Origin: an uncultured Candidatus Saccharibacteria bacterium
GTDB taxonomy: Bacteria; Patescibacteriota; CALEFQ01
Reading direction: 5' to 3'
Length of the DNA stretch: 64,000 bases
Assembly: GCA_965230955.1 (NCBI GenBank)
Contig: OZ246404.1
Location: 782,321 to 846,320, forward strand
Made by a program: the position numbers and the translations under genes. Shown piece by piece: positions 1-9,487 of the stretch (positions within the stretch are counted from its first letter, which is position 1; each line of letters starts with the position of its first letter). The notes beneath the pieces were generated by a model. It saw only the letters and a list, made by a program, of their open reading frames with translations. It did not search any database and was not told the DNA's origin.

Positions 1-557
1 ATATTGGCCAAAGTATCCTTGGCAGCCAAAGCCACCGCCAAACCGCCGAGGCCCAAGCCAGCCAGTAGCGCCAAAATATCAAAACCGAGGATTTCAAAAA
101 TCACCAGCGCGGCGATAATCACCAAACAGGCTTTGAATAATTTTTGGAAAGCCGGTAAAGATTTTTTCCAGGGCGTATCGGCATCAAAATTTTTATTGGT
201 AATCGTCAGTTCGATTAATTTGTCGGACAAGCGTCCGGCGAAATATACCGCCGTCACTACGATCAAAATCTTTAGGACATTATAAACAATATGAGCGACA
301 TCGCCCGGAAGTGATAATAACGGGAGAGCAAACCACACCGTTCCTAAAAAGATTCCGAAAATAAACGGGCCTTCGCTGGCATCAACGACAATATCATCCA
401 CTTTGGTTTTGGTATCAAACGCCGCCTTTTTTATACCAAAGCGAATGAAAGTATGGACCATTTTGGCCACAATGATAGCCACAATCAAAATAACGCCAAA
501 AAGAAGCCAATTCTGGACTTCTGGATCATAAACGATGTTGCCTAAACCATATTCCAT
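1..557 (-). CDS. MscS-family mechanosensitive channel, N-terminal transmembrane part (partial; C-terminus lies beyond window start)
   Basis: Minus-strand ORF from an ATG near 557 that runs off the window edge, so it is absent from the ORF track. My translation MEYGLGNIVYDPEVQNWLLFGVILIVAII...ILALLAGLGLGGLAVALAAKDTLAN contains the Gly/Ala-rich pore-helix motif typical of MscS. Confidence 0.6.
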   Translation of the reverse strand, partial: MEYGLGNIVYDPEVQNWLLFGVILIVAIIVAKMVHTFIRFGIKKAAFDTKTKVDDIVVDASEGPFIFGIFLGTVWFALPLLSLPGDVAHIVYNVLKILIVVTAVYFAGRLSDKLIELTITNKNFDADTPWKKSLPAFQKLFKACLVIIAALVIFEILGFDILALLAGLGLGGLAVALAAKDTLAN

Positions 558-659
558 ACGCTATCAATATACCATAAGTAAAAACTAAAGAAAAAGCCGA
601 AGCTCAAAGGAGCTTCGGCCAGAAAAAGAAAAGGCAGTGAGGATCGAGATTTGTGGTGA

Positions 660-890
660 TCAATGGTTTTCACGGCAAGATTTGATAAAGTACACAAACC
701 CCACCAACATCGCCAGGAAAATACCCACCGGCAAAAACCAAGAAACTTTTCCCCATATAGCCGCAATCAAAGTTATGATCAAGACATAACTCGCGATTAT
801 TTCGAACCCCAAGCATATGTCTTGCAAACGATCCTTAGCCTGCTGGATTTCCATGTCTATGCCTCCTTTGAATGGAAATAAATATAACAA
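660..890 (-). CDS. small two-TM membrane protein (hypothetical); the likely true start is an internal Met (MEIQQAK...) preceded by AAGGAGG
   Basis: ORF track. Two hydrophobic helices. A strong SD lies 7 nt upstream of the internal ATG near 854. Confidence 0.3.
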   Translation of the reverse strand: MLYLFPFKGGIDMEIQQAKDRLQDICLGFEIIASYVLIITLIAAIWGKVSWFLPVGIFLAMLVGFVYFIKSCRENH

Positions 891-963
891 AACTAACTCT
901 TATGGACATACACTACACTAAAACAAAGAAAATGTCAAGTGGAAACGCCGGGAAAAAAGTATT

Positions 964-1200
964 TCAAGAAAATTTTGAGGAAGTTCGCCAAATCAGAATA
1001 CTGAAAATAAAAGCAACCAGGAAAAATATCGCGCCGTAAAAACAAGGGGTTATGAATGGATTGACCAATCCCTCCGCGCAGCCGGTGGTGCAGGCTTTTT
1101 TTTGCAACCAATTAGATAATTCAATGGCAAAATTATACCAGGCAAAAACAGTCCCGCCCAAAAGAATAACGAATTGGATGATAATCAGCCTTTTAGACAT
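964..1200 (-). CDS. small integral membrane protein with a CTTGC motif (hypothetical)
   Basis: ORF track. Two predicted TM helices. No SD; the palindromic repeat sits immediately upstream. Confidence 0.4.
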   Translation of the reverse strand: MSKRLIIIQFVILLGGTVFAWYNFAIELSNWLQKKACTTGCAEGLVNPFITPCFYGAIFFLVAFIFSILIWRTSSKFS

Positions 1201-1217
1201 AGGTGAAAATTTATATT

Positions 1218-1303
1218 AAGTAACAACTGCAAGTAACAGGTAACAAGTAACAAATATAAAAAATTATTCCGATTTGTTATCTGTTACCTGTTACTTGTTA
1301 CTT
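1218..1303. repeat. ~85-bp palindromic intergenic element (gtaacaggtaacaagtaac arms), family R1 copy a
   Basis: Inverted arms 'aagtaacaggtaacaagtaacaaat' and 'atttgttatctgttacctgttactt' around a ~17-nt loop. Related copies occur at 13751-13825 and 16524-16612. Confidence 0.55.
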
Positions 1304-1471
1304 TCATTTTACTCTTTTCTTTTTTAAATGCCAAACCCCGCAGGCGGTTGTGTTCCTAGATCCTAGGAACTGCACCCACGGGGCGTGTTCATCTGATATC
1401 AGGCGAGGGGGCGAAAAAATGGCCCGTGACTCCCCTGAAACGGCCTTTTTTGACTTGAATACTAGCGGATT

Positions 1472-1617
1472 GATACTTGGCCGCCTCCAAATAATTTTTT
1501 GGGGTATTCTCTATTTTGCCAAACAGGCTCTTCTTTCACCGCCAATAAAGAAAAGTCTGTTGGGGCCGGAACGATAGAATAAATATCGTTCCGCACTATT
1601 CTAGCAGTCTCCGCCAT
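1472..1617 (-). CDS. small ORF (~48 aa, MAETARIVRNDIYSIVPAPTDF...) with a GGAGG ribosome-binding site; hypothetical
   Basis: My own translation of the minus strand; GGAGGTATCTAT-ATG. It is followed on the minus strand by a GC hairpin plus U-tract near 1339-1391. It is below the 60-aa track cutoff. Confidence 0.25.
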
Positions 1618-1746
1618 ATAGATACCTCCTTTGCCGTGGAAAGAAACATAAGAGAATATCAGACAGATCTGATTTTGTCAATATCACTCTTATTTGATTA
1701 AATCAAAAAGGAAGGACAAATCCTTCCTTTCCCATCAAATCTACGG

Positions 1747-1902
1747 CTATCCCCGCTTGGTTTTGAGGCGATTGATTTTTAGTACCGTATTGGCACCCTT
1801 GATCTGCAGTAACGACCGGCGATTCATTTCTCCTTCCGCCAGACGCCTCAATTTTTGCTGCGGTTCTTGCAATTTCCTCTTGTCTTTCTTTGAAACTTTC
1901 AT
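1747..1902 (-). CDS. small highly basic protein (~51 aa, MKVSKKDKRKLQEPQQKLRRLAEGEMNRRSLLQIKGANTVLKINRLKTKRG); hypothetical, possibly ribosome-associated
   Basis: My own translation; AAGGAGGGAAT-ATG is a strong SD. K/R-rich composition. It lies just upstream of dut on the same strand. It is below the track length cutoff. Confidence 0.35.
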   Translation of the reverse strand: MKVSKKDKRKLQEPQQKLRRLAEGEMNRRSLLQIKGANTVLKINRLKTKRG

Positions 1903-1984
1903 ATTCCCTCCTTCGCGGTAAAACGCAATAGTACGTAAAAAGTTCCCTCAATAGGCTGCTATTAAATCAGGTGGCCTGGTTTCG

Positions 1985-2419
1985 TCAATATTTTCCAGTA
2001 GAACCGAATTTTCCGGCACCGCGTTTGGTAGCGGATAGTTTGGCAACCGGGACAAACTGCACGGCGGCATATTTGATAAAAATCGCTTGAGCGATGCGCT
2101 CGCCCGCGGGGATTTTCACTGTTTTACTCGACGAGAGATTTCGTAGCGGGACAAAAACCTCGCCGCGATAATCGCTGTCGATAATACCCACGGAGTGCGG
2201 CATGTCGAGATGTTTTTTTAGCGCCAAGGACCCGCGCGGGCAAATCATGGCGAAATAATTTCGAGGAATTTCCATGAATAAACCGGTCTTAATCAGCGCT
2301 GTCTGCCCCGGCTTGATCGATACCGGATCAAGAGCCGACAAATCATAGCCCGCGGCATGCTTAGAACCGCGCACCGGCAACTTCGCTTTGGCGCTCAAAA
2401 GATTGATTTTGATTTTCAT
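1985..2419 (-). CDS. dut: dUTP diphosphatase
   Basis: Motifs AGYDL, GIIDSDYRGE, GERIAQ, and the C-terminal RG.GKFGSTG tail. Confidence 0.9.
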   Translation of the reverse strand: MKIKINLLSAKAKLPVRGSKHAAGYDLSALDPVSIKPGQTALIKTGLFMEIPRNYFAMICPRGSLALKKHLDMPHSVGIIDSDYRGEVFVPLRNLSSSKTVKIPAGERIAQAIFIKYAAVQFVPVAKLSATKRGAGKFGSTGKY

Positions 2420-3528
2420 AATTTATTTTTTTTGATGGCCTGACGGATATTTTCAATCAATCGCAAATAAAATCTCACATTATGCATTGTGGCCAGCCGA
2501 ATATATAGCGGTTCGCCGGTAACCAACAAATGCCGCAAATACGCGCGGCTGAATCCGCCGCGGCAGGTCGGACAATCGCAACGCTCATCAATAACCGACA
2601 AATCCGCTTTGTATTTTTCTTGGCGGATATTCAGAACTTTATAATCCTCTTCGGGGATTTGGCTCTTGCCTTTTTTTGACTTAGTGACAAAGAGAGAGCC
2701 ATGCCGGGCATTTCGCGTCGGCAATACGCAATCAAACATATCAACTCCGCGCTTAACCGCTTCCACGATCTGATCCGGATACCCGACCCCCATCAAATAG
2801 CGCGGTTTATCCGCCGGCAGGGCGGGCACGGTATAATCCAGAATTTTATACATTGCTTTAATCGGCTCGCCGACAGCCAAGCCGCCAACCGCATAACCGT
2901 CAAAACCGAGTTTGACCAGAGCTTTCGCGCTTTCCAAACGTAATTCTTTATAAACCGATCCTTGCACAATCCCAAACAATAAATTTCCATTTTTGCATTT
3001 TGCCTTCTGCATTTTGCATTTTTGGGCCCACGCCAGCGTCTGCGCCAAATCCTGCTTAGCTTGCTCGCTCCGGCAGGGATAGGGCGAGCAAACGTCCAAC
3101 ACCATCATGATGTCGGAATTTAAGGCCTGCTGAATTTTGATGGCCGTCTCGGGATCCAAATATCGAGTCTCGCCATTCAGATGAGATTGGAATTCCACCC
3201 CGGACAGATATGTTTTTCTGATTTTAGCCAAAGAAAAAACCTGGTAGCCGCCGCTGTCGGTCAAAATAGGCTTAGGCCAATGCATGAATCCATGCAATCC
3301 GCCGGCTTTCTTGATTATTTTTTCCCCGGGACGCAGCCATAAATGATACGTGTTGGACAGTACCGTGGTCGCGCCGATTTTTTCCAGATCGGCCGGTTCC
3401 AAACCTTTGACGGCGGCCTGGGTGGCAATCGGCATAAAAAACGGCGTCGCGACTCGGCCGTGAACCAAACTCAGCTCGCCCACGCGAGCCGCCGACCGAG
3501 CGGATTTTTTCAATACTTGGTAAGACAT
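2416..3528 (-). CDS. tgt: queuine tRNA-ribosyltransferase
   Basis: TPFFMPIAT and LTDSGGYQVFSL motifs, the CDCPTC zinc site, and GGLAVGEP. An internal in-frame 'gcattttgc' triplet repeat encodes KCKMQKAKCK. Confidence 0.9.
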   Translation of the reverse strand: MSYQVLKKSARSAARVGELSLVHGRVATPFFMPIATQAAVKGLEPADLEKIGATTVLSNTYHLWLRPGEKIIKKAGGLHGFMHWPKPILTDSGGYQVFSLAKIRKTYLSGVEFQSHLNGETRYLDPETAIKIQQALNSDIMMVLDVCSPYPCRSEQAKQDLAQTLAWAQKCKMQKAKCKNGNLLFGIVQGSVYKELRLESAKALVKLGFDGYAVGGLAVGEPIKAMYKILDYTVPALPADKPRYLMGVGYPDQIVEAVKRGVDMFDCVLPTRNARHGSLFVTKSKKGKSQIPEEDYKVLNIRQEKYKADLSVIDERCDCPTCRGGFSRAYLRHLLVTGEPLYIRLATMHNVRFYLRLIENIRQAIKKNKL

Positions 3529-3603
3529 GCCGTTATCCTAACAAATGCCCGCTTTTAAGCAACTAAAATTCCCCGCCGGTTGACGGCGGGGAAAGTCAGT
3601 TGG

Positions 3604-5484
3604 CTATTTGACGACCTTGCTATCGACCGCCTTGAAAAACTTATCGCTCTTTTTCAGATCAGTCGTCAGTTCCGCCACATTGGCTTTTAGTGATACGCCG
3701 GTAAAACTATCCTGGCCGGAAATATCGGAAGTTTTGACCAGAGCCACTTCTTGTCCGATTTTGTCTTCCCCGGGAGTAATACTGATATCAAAACTGGCGA
3801 TCATTTTGTCACTTTTGTAACCTTGGTTGGCGGGAATTTTACCGATATTCCAGGTGAGCTGGCCCGATTTTGAATCATAAGTCAATTCTTGGCCGTGGCT
3901 GATAGTGTCATTTCCTTCGTATTTCACTCCCGGTGCCAGCGCGCAGATTACCTTGGCTTGATCAACATCATTGGTGTAATTCGTCACATCGACAAAATAC
4001 CTATAAGTAGTTTTTTGATTGACCTTGGGCGGCATCGGACCGGAACCCAACGGCTGGCCATCCATTTGATTGTAATAGAGGATATAAGCGCCCAATTCCA
4101 GGAAACTGTTTAACTTCGCTTCCACTGGTTCCGATTCCACCTGGTGATTAGCGCTGATGTCGATGGGAATATCCTCGCTTTGCAAGAAAGCTTTGGACAC
4201 GATATTTAATTTCTTGTCGCTGGCGGATTTTACCGGCAGATCATTGCGGTTTTTAACTTTGGTGGAAAAAGAGACAGTGCCCTTTTGCGCCGGCTGGATT
4301 AATGACAAGGCCGAGACACCGGTGCTATTCCAAGTGATTTTGCCGTTACTGTAATTTCCTCCGCCGGAATTAAAAGAAGAAAAATCGACCAAGTCGGGAC
4401 TGACTTCGACTACGATCGTGACGTTTTTGAGAGCCACCCCGCCTTGGTTTTCATAATTCACGACAAAATCAAGTTTTTCGGAAGTATCGACATTGAGCTG
4501 TTTTTGCCCGTTGATAGTTTGGCTGACCAGCACCGCCGACTGCATCACCCGCGTCGAATCTTCTTTGCGCAATTGCACCAAAAAATTACCCTGGGCATCT
4601 TTCGTACCCAATTCGGCGATGACCCGTTTGGCCTCATTATTGGTCCCGGACAAGCGGCCGCTTATTTTTACCTGGCCGCTACTCCCGCCGGCCAAAGCCG
4701 GCAGTTGCCAATTGGAATTATTCGAGCTTGGCACCGGCTGAGCCGATTGATAAACAAAGCCGTCGGGATAAGTCACCCGTAATTCTAGATCGTTTTTTTT
4801 CTCCGAGCTGCGATTTTCATAACGAATCTGATACTCGATGTTGTTTCCGCTCGCGGTCGATTGTGGCGCGTCAATGGTCAGCGTCAGGTCACCGGCCGAA
4901 ATCACCGTCATAGCCGAAGCTTCAACGGCAAATTGAGAATTGATTCCATCGGGAGTAAAACGCATGGTTCCGGAAATCGGACTCGATTCATCGGCAATTC
5001 CGGTCAACCTGCCCGTCACCGTCAAATCCTTGGAAGTGTTTGGCTCAATCCGCCCCAGTTGCCAGGTTCGATTATCATCGGATTTCAGAGACGCCTCTTG
5101 AAATTGAAAATTTCGGGGCAAGATTAATTCCACTTCCGCCTGATTCAGCGCCACTTCTTCTTTATTGACACAATTGATTCGATAAGTAAGTTCCGAACCG
5201 CTCGTCACCACCGCCGGAGCGGAAATTTCCAAATACGCCTTTTTCCCGGAAAAAATAGGCAGGCTATTCCGGATAATAATCCAAACAATAATGCCGGCAA
5301 TCGCCACCGCGGCAATCACCCCGATCAGAATCATTTTTTTCTTGTCTTTCAACAAGCGGCTCCACCAAGGTTCTTTGATCTGTTTGCGGAGCGGATCGTC
5401 AAAATGTTCCACCTCGTATTCTTCCGGTTTTTTGCGGTGCGAATGCGACGGAGCCGGCTGTCCCGGTTGGTAAATGATGACCAT
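3604..5484 (-). CDS. membrane-anchored surface protein with four or more DUF11/CARDB-like beta-sandwich repeats
   Basis: N-terminal TM anchor after a basic cytoplasmic stretch. Repeated about 100-aa units with conserved Y-N-G patterns (LTYRINCVNK, IEYQIRYENR, LDFVVNYENQG, YRYFVDVTNY). Confidence 0.5.
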   Translation of the reverse strand: MVIIYQPGQPAPSHSHRKKPEEYEVEHFDDPLRKQIKEPWWSRLLKDKKKMILIGVIAAVAIAGIIVWIIIRNSLPIFSGKKAYLEISAPAVVTSGSELTYRINCVNKEEVALNQAEVELILPRNFQFQEASLKSDDNRTWQLGRIEPNTSKDLTVTGRLTGIADESSPISGTMRFTPDGINSQFAVEASAMTVISAGDLTLTIDAPQSTASGNNIEYQIRYENRSSEKKNDLELRVTYPDGFVYQSAQPVPSSNNSNWQLPALAGGSSGQVKISGRLSGTNNEAKRVIAELGTKDAQGNFLVQLRKEDSTRVMQSAVLVSQTINGQKQLNVDTSEKLDFVVNYENQGGVALKNVTIVVEVSPDLVDFSSFNSGGGNYSNGKITWNSTGVSALSLIQPAQKGTVSFSTKVKNRNDLPVKSASDKKLNIVSKAFLQSEDIPIDISANHQVESEPVEAKLNSFLELGAYILYYNQMDGQPLGSGPMPPKVNQKTTYRYFVDVTNYTNDVDQAKVICALAPGVKYEGNDTISHGQELTYDSKSGQLTWNIGKIPANQGYKSDKMIASFDISITPGEDKIGQEVALVKTSDISGQDSFTGVSLKANVAELTTDLKKSDKFFKAVDSKVVK

Positions 5485-5561
5485 ATTTTTATTTTTAGCT
5501 TTTAAATCGTAAAATCAAACCGATCTTAAATCTTATTTCTTACTTCTTAAATCTTGTTCCC

Positions 5562-6290
5562 CTACCAACCACCGCTGCTACCGCCGCCGCCCGATCCTCC
5601 GCCACCGCCGGAAAATCCACCGCCAGAGAACCCCCCCCCGCCGCCACCGCCACCGTACCAAAAGAAACCGCCGCTACGGCCGCCTCGCCCCGTACCGCGA
5701 AAGATAATGGGCAGAATGATGAATATAAAAACAATAGCGGCAAAGATGAGCAGAGCAACCCAATCCGGCGCTTCCGAACTTTGATAATCGGTCGCCGTAT
5801 ATTCTCCCTGAATCGCCGCCATGATGGCCGAAACTCCCCGCTGTATTCCGGTATCATAATCCTCTTGTTTGAATGACGGCGTAATTTCATTGCGAATGAT
5901 CGAACTGGTGGTCACGTCCGGCAGAGCTCCCTCCAGTCCATATCCGACCTCAATGCCGACCTTGCGCTCCGCCAAGCCAATCACCAGCAAGACACCATTG
6001 TCCCGATCCTTCTTGCCAATCGCCCATTTTTCAAACAGTTCATTGCGATAAGTATCAATATCAATGCCATCAAGAGCCGGGACGATGGCCACAACAATTT
6101 CATTGGTCGTCTGCCGATCAAAATCCGCCAGAGTCGACTCCAGTTGAGATTTGGTACCGGCATTTAAAATCCCGGCATAATCATTAACTCGGCCCTGGAT
6201 TTCCGGATAGCTCGCGCCGGCTCCGGGAGCCAATGCCAATCCCGCCAGAAAAACCAGGCTGAAAAAAATTTTCAGGAATACATTTTTCAT
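5562..6290 (-). CDS. TPM-domain (TLP18.3/YgcG-like) protein with a C-terminal TM segment and a poly-Gly tail
   Basis: Signal peptide, a TPM phosphatase-like core (YAGIL...VVAIVPALDG...VLLVIGLAERKVGIEVGYGLEG), then a TM helix, then a GGGGGGGGFSGGGFSGGGGGSGGGG tail. Confidence 0.75.
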   Translation of the reverse strand: MKNVFLKIFFSLVFLAGLALAPGAGASYPEIQGRVNDYAGILNAGTKSQLESTLADFDRQTTNEIVVAIVPALDGIDIDTYRNELFEKWAIGKKDRDNGVLLVIGLAERKVGIEVGYGLEGALPDVTTSSIIRNEITPSFKQEDYDTGIQRGVSAIMAAIQGEYTATDYQSSEAPDWVALLIFAAIVFIFIILPIIFRGTGRGGRSGGFFWYGGGGGGGGFSGGGFSGGGGGSGGGGSSGGW

Positions 6291-6320
6291 TTTTATTTTC
6301 GCGCTATGACCAGTTATGCT

Positions 6321-6884
6321 TTAGAATTTGACTTCCGGCGGCTGATCGCTACCGGCTTCAGCTTTAAATAATTCTTCTTCGGTGAAACCAAACATGGCCG
6401 CAAACATTGAATTGGGCCAAACTCGCAGATACTTATTGAAATCAGTCACCTGATCGTTGTAACGACCGCGCTCGACCGCGATCCGGTTTTCCGTGCCTTC
6501 CAGCTGAGCTTGCAAACCCAAGAAATTTTCGTTGCTCTTGATCTCAGGATAAGCTTCCGCCACCGCGATCAATCGACCCAAGGCGCCATCCATATTACCG
6601 GCGGCGGCAATTTGTTGGTCACGCGTCTGCGCTGCCGCCCATTGGCTGCGGCTGTCGGTCACCTCGGTGAAGACCGTTAATTCCTGTTTGGTAATGCCTT
6701 TGACGGTTTCTACCAGATTGGGGATCAAATCCGCCCGACGCTGGTATTGGTTTTCCACCTGGCTCCAAGAATTCTGCACATCAGCCTGTTTTTGGACCAT
6801 GGTGTTATAGATGCCGACGAAGACGGCAATCACGATAACCACGATTACTAAGATGATAATAAGGGCGAGGATTCCTTTGCTCAT
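6321..6884 (-). CDS. lemA: LemA family protein
   Basis: N-terminal TM helix and the LemA core (RADLIPNLVETVKG...AVAEAYPELKSNENF...). It is adjacent to the TPM gene, which is a common pairing. Confidence 0.85.
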   Translation of the reverse strand: MSKGILALIIILVIVVIVIAVFVGIYNTMVQKQADVQNSWSQVENQYQRRADLIPNLVETVKGITKQELTVFTEVTDSRSQWAAAQTRDQQIAAAGNMDGALGRLIAVAEAYPEIKSNENFLGLQAQLEGTENRIAVERGRYNDQVTDFNKYLRVWPNSMFAAMFGFTEEELFKAEAGSDQPPEVKF

Positions 6885-6889
6885 AGATT

Positions 6890-6948
6890 TGTCTTTAGTC
6901 TTTAGTCTTTAGTCTCTGGCCAAGGGCAAAAGACTAAAGACCAAAGAC
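6890..6948. repeat. palindromic 'agtcttt'/'aaagact' heptamer array between the lemA start and the ASCH gene stop
   Basis: tagtctttagtctttagtctctggccaagggcaaaagactaaagaccaaagacta. A related 'gactaaagac' module lies at 18361-18425. Confidence 0.45.
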
Positions 6949-7679
6949 TATTTAATATCTTTTAAATTATCGAGCGACAATTTACCGGCGGATAGGATTT
7001 TCTCCCGCGTCGCCGCAAACAGATCGACGCTTTCAACATTGGCGAGACGCAGCAAAGCCACCATGATTTCCCCCATTTCGGCCCGCGTATTTTCAGCGGC
7101 CCGACGCTCTTGCAGTTTTTGCACCAAGCGGCCGACTTGGGCCGTCAAAGCCAGAGCCAAATCGCGCACGTTACGAGAAGATACTCTCCCGGTTTCCTTC
7201 TCGACCAAGCTAATCAATTCTTCCAAGGACCGGAGCGAATCTCGGTCAGAAAAACGCAATGACATTTGTAAACGAGAACTGATGCCCGGCACATCGCTGA
7301 GCACTACCCAAGCCCGCTTGTCATGCTTTTCAAGCACCAGCGGATTGGCCAGCGGCACAGGATTTTTGATGAAAATCAAAGTGGCGTACTGGGCATCTTT
7401 CTTGTCCTGCCAAAAACTTTTATCCGCCCTGATTTCCTCATCATATTCGCGCCGGAGGCCGCCTAGTTTTTTGGGATTCAGGTCGGAAAAAAACAAAACA
7501 TTATCAGCCAAAAACTTTCCTTTTACCTTTCCCCCGGATTCTTTCATGAAAATCTCGTCCCCGCGCTTAACTTTTTTATACGGAGCAAACTGAAACTTCG
7601 AGAAACGACTCTCGATCGTTTTTTGTCCCGATAAAATCTGGTCGATTACGCCTTTGGTAAATACGGCCAGGTGTTGCAT
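6948..7679 (-). CDS. ASCH-domain protein fused to an all-alpha MazG-like NTP pyrophosphohydrolase-like C-terminal domain
   Basis: N-terminal ASCH signature (ILSGQKTIESRF...GDEIFMKE). C-terminal helical segment with acidic motifs (EELISLVEKETGR...RDLALALTAQVGRL). Confidence 0.45.
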   Translation of the reverse strand: MQHLAVFTKGVIDQILSGQKTIESRFSKFQFAPYKKVKRGDEIFMKESGGKVKGKFLADNVLFFSDLNPKKLGGLRREYDEEIRADKSFWQDKKDAQYATLIFIKNPVPLANPLVLEKHDKRAWVVLSDVPGISSRLQMSLRFSDRDSLRSLEELISLVEKETGRVSSRNVRDLALALTAQVGRLVQKLQERRAAENTRAEMGEIMVALLRLANVESVDLFAATREKILSAGKLSLDNLKDIK

Positions 7680-7810
7680 AAATAACCATTAATTTCCTTT
7701 TATTATAGAGGCAAAAGGCGGGAAAGTCAAAGAAAACTGCGCTCCTTGCCAAAAAATGCCGGCGGCGTTAACATATCAAGAAGATTTTTCCCAAAACGAA
7801 AGGAGGGATT

Positions 7811-8164
7811 ATGGGTCTGCGTTTAGGCTACCGTTCACTGATGGACCACAGAGTGGCTACCGGTTCGGCCATCCTGGAGAATTCGAAGATTTCCGCACAT
7901 TTGGAAGAAAAAAACCAGGACGACTCCACCATCGTGCAATCATCAGTCCAAGGGAAAATGGGCAAATATCTGGCGTGGCTGACCAAGACTTATCAGGATA
8001 CTAATTTGTGCCCGGTACGTTACGGGCTCATTCGCTTGCCCTGGACCCGTCATTGGTTCGGATTCTATATTGTCATCGAAAAGGATGGACGAAGCGGAAT
8101 TGATCAGTATTTCGAACCACGAGAGATTCATGGATTGGGATTGGCCTGGGCCAGCCGGGATTAA
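7811..8164 (+). CDS. hypothetical protein
   Basis: ORF track. AGGAGGGATT-ATG ribosome-binding site. Confidence 0.4.
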   Translation: MGLRLGYRSLMDHRVATGSAILENSKISAHLEEKNQDDSTIVQSSVQGKMGKYLAWLTKTYQDTNLCPVRYGLIRLPWTRHWFGFYIVIEKDGRSGIDQYFEPREIHGLGLAWASRD

Positions 8165-8209
8165 AATTCGCCGAAACTCGCACAGCCCCGGGTTTTTCCT
8201 CGGGCTGTT

Positions 8210-9007
8210 TTATTTTGATAAAACAGCATCTTGCCGCTCAACCAGTTCCAGAAATTTTTCCGTCCGCAGCTGTCGTTCCAAAGTATAGCGGATAAAATCT
8301 TTTAAAACTCGGCGCAGAGTCACGACCGCCGCCGGTGGCAATGCCGCCCACTGCGATGGTTTGATTTGGCGCTCCAACAACAGACGCAAAATTTTGATGA
8401 CTTCGGAAGATACCGGTATCGAGCCGCTAATCATGCAATCGCGGCAAATCACTCCACCGTGGGCGGAAGAAAATTTATTCCCCAGAGGTTGCAGCTTTTT
8501 CCCGCAGTGAGCGCATTTTTTCACCTCCGGCTTAAAACCGAGCAGAACCAGCATCTGCAATTCCACGTTGGATAAGAAAAGAGGCCAATATTTTTTTTCA
8601 CTGATCGGCGAATCATTCAAAGTCCGCAGGCTCCATTCCAGTAAATGATAAAGCCGCGTATCGCGATGACCTTCTTCGGTCAGGTAAAAAACCAGCTCGC
8701 AGATGTAAAATGCCAGTGAAGTTTTTTGCAAATCGGCGGAAAATCCGGAGAAAACGGCTAAACTCTGAGCGCCGGTGATAATATTATTTTTTCCGCCCTC
8801 AACAATCCCCAGCTCCACCACCCCCAACAATTCTAAATGACCGGCCAGCTTGCTTTTGATGCGTCGAACACCGTTCGCTTTCAAACGCAAACGCCCCAAA
8901 GTCGGAGTGTAGACATCAAGCAGCCGATCCGCTTCACCGATATTTTTACGGCGGATGATAATTCCTTTAGTTTTATACATTTTCCGCATAGTGTAATTAT
9001 ACCACAA
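8210..9007 (-). CDS. recO: DNA repair protein RecO (the start is probably at an internal Met, MRKMYKTKG or MYKTKG)
   Basis: N-terminal OB-fold pattern (KTKGIIIRRKNIGEADRLLDVYT) and the C-terminal zinc finger CAHCG...CRDC. Confidence 0.8.
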   Translation of the reverse strand: MWYNYTMRKMYKTKGIIIRRKNIGEADRLLDVYTPTLGRLRLKANGVRRIKSKLAGHLELLGVVELGIVEGGKNNIITGAQSLAVFSGFSADLQKTSLAFYICELVFYLTEEGHRDTRLYHLLEWSLRTLNDSPISEKKYWPLFLSNVELQMLVLLGFKPEVKKCAHCGKKLQPLGNKFSSAHGGVICRDCMISGSIPVSSEVIKILRLLLERQIKPSQWAALPPAAVVTLRRVLKDFIRYTLERQLRTEKFLELVERQDAVLSK

Positions 9008-9077
9008 TGCGATTGTTGTTTTGACTTTTCACCGAGTTCTGATACGATATGGAGTCATCGAGAAAAGGAGGAAGCTG

Positions 9078-9389
9078 ATGATGCATTGTTTAATAACACT
9101 CAGAGGAGGACGGGTAATCACTTTTGAAGAGTGGTATCAGTGGGATAATCGCGAAAAACTGCTGTTTCGATTGCGCCGACTACCCTGTCGGCCGGGCACC
9201 TATCTGCTGTGGTACGGGCCAACCAACCCGCGCAATCGCGTCGGTTCACTATCGGAAATACTGGGGAAAGAGTTCCCGAAAAAAATCGTAATTCAAGAAA
9301 CAATGGAAATGCCCGATCCGACGCCGGATAAAATCCGCGCGCTTTTCCCCGAATTTTACCGAATCGGATTTACCCATCTCGATTTCTAG
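9078..9389 (+). CDS. hypothetical protein (track ORF 9021..9389; the likely start is MMHCL, preceded by AAGGAGG)
   Basis: A strong SD precedes the ATGATG at about 9078. No recognisable motif. Confidence 0.4.
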   Translation: MMHCLITLRGGRVITFEEWYQWDNREKLLFRLRRLPCRPGTYLLWYGPTNPRNRVGSLSEILGKEFPKKIVIQETMEMPDPTPDKIRALFPEFYRIGFTHLDF

Positions 9390-9487
9390 CACCGCTCGGT
9401 CTTCACCGGCGGTGCTTCCTTATCCCTTGACTTTTCCATAATTTCTGATACATTGTAGCCAACCAAACCCAAAAGGAGGAATAGCCA

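Noticed and set aside
1330-1470. RNase P RNA, SRP RNA or 6S RNA
   Set aside because: None of the conserved motifs (GGAAAGUCCGGGCUCC and AGGGCAGG for RNase P, AGGUCAGGUCCGGAAGGAAGCAGCC for SRP) is present. The region is better explained as a hairpin terminator downstream of a small ORF.
5554-5784. Poly-proline ORF (PPPPDPPPPPENPPP)
   Set aside because: It is the antisense reading of the GGC/GCC codon run that encodes the poly-Gly tail of the TPM protein. The overlapping 5540..5890 minus ORF is likewise an alternative frame of the same region.
7039-7593. 184-aa plus-strand ORF
   Set aside because: It lies entirely antisense within the ASCH/MazG-like gene. Its composition is Ser/Arg-rich and low-complexity, and it has no ribosome-binding site.
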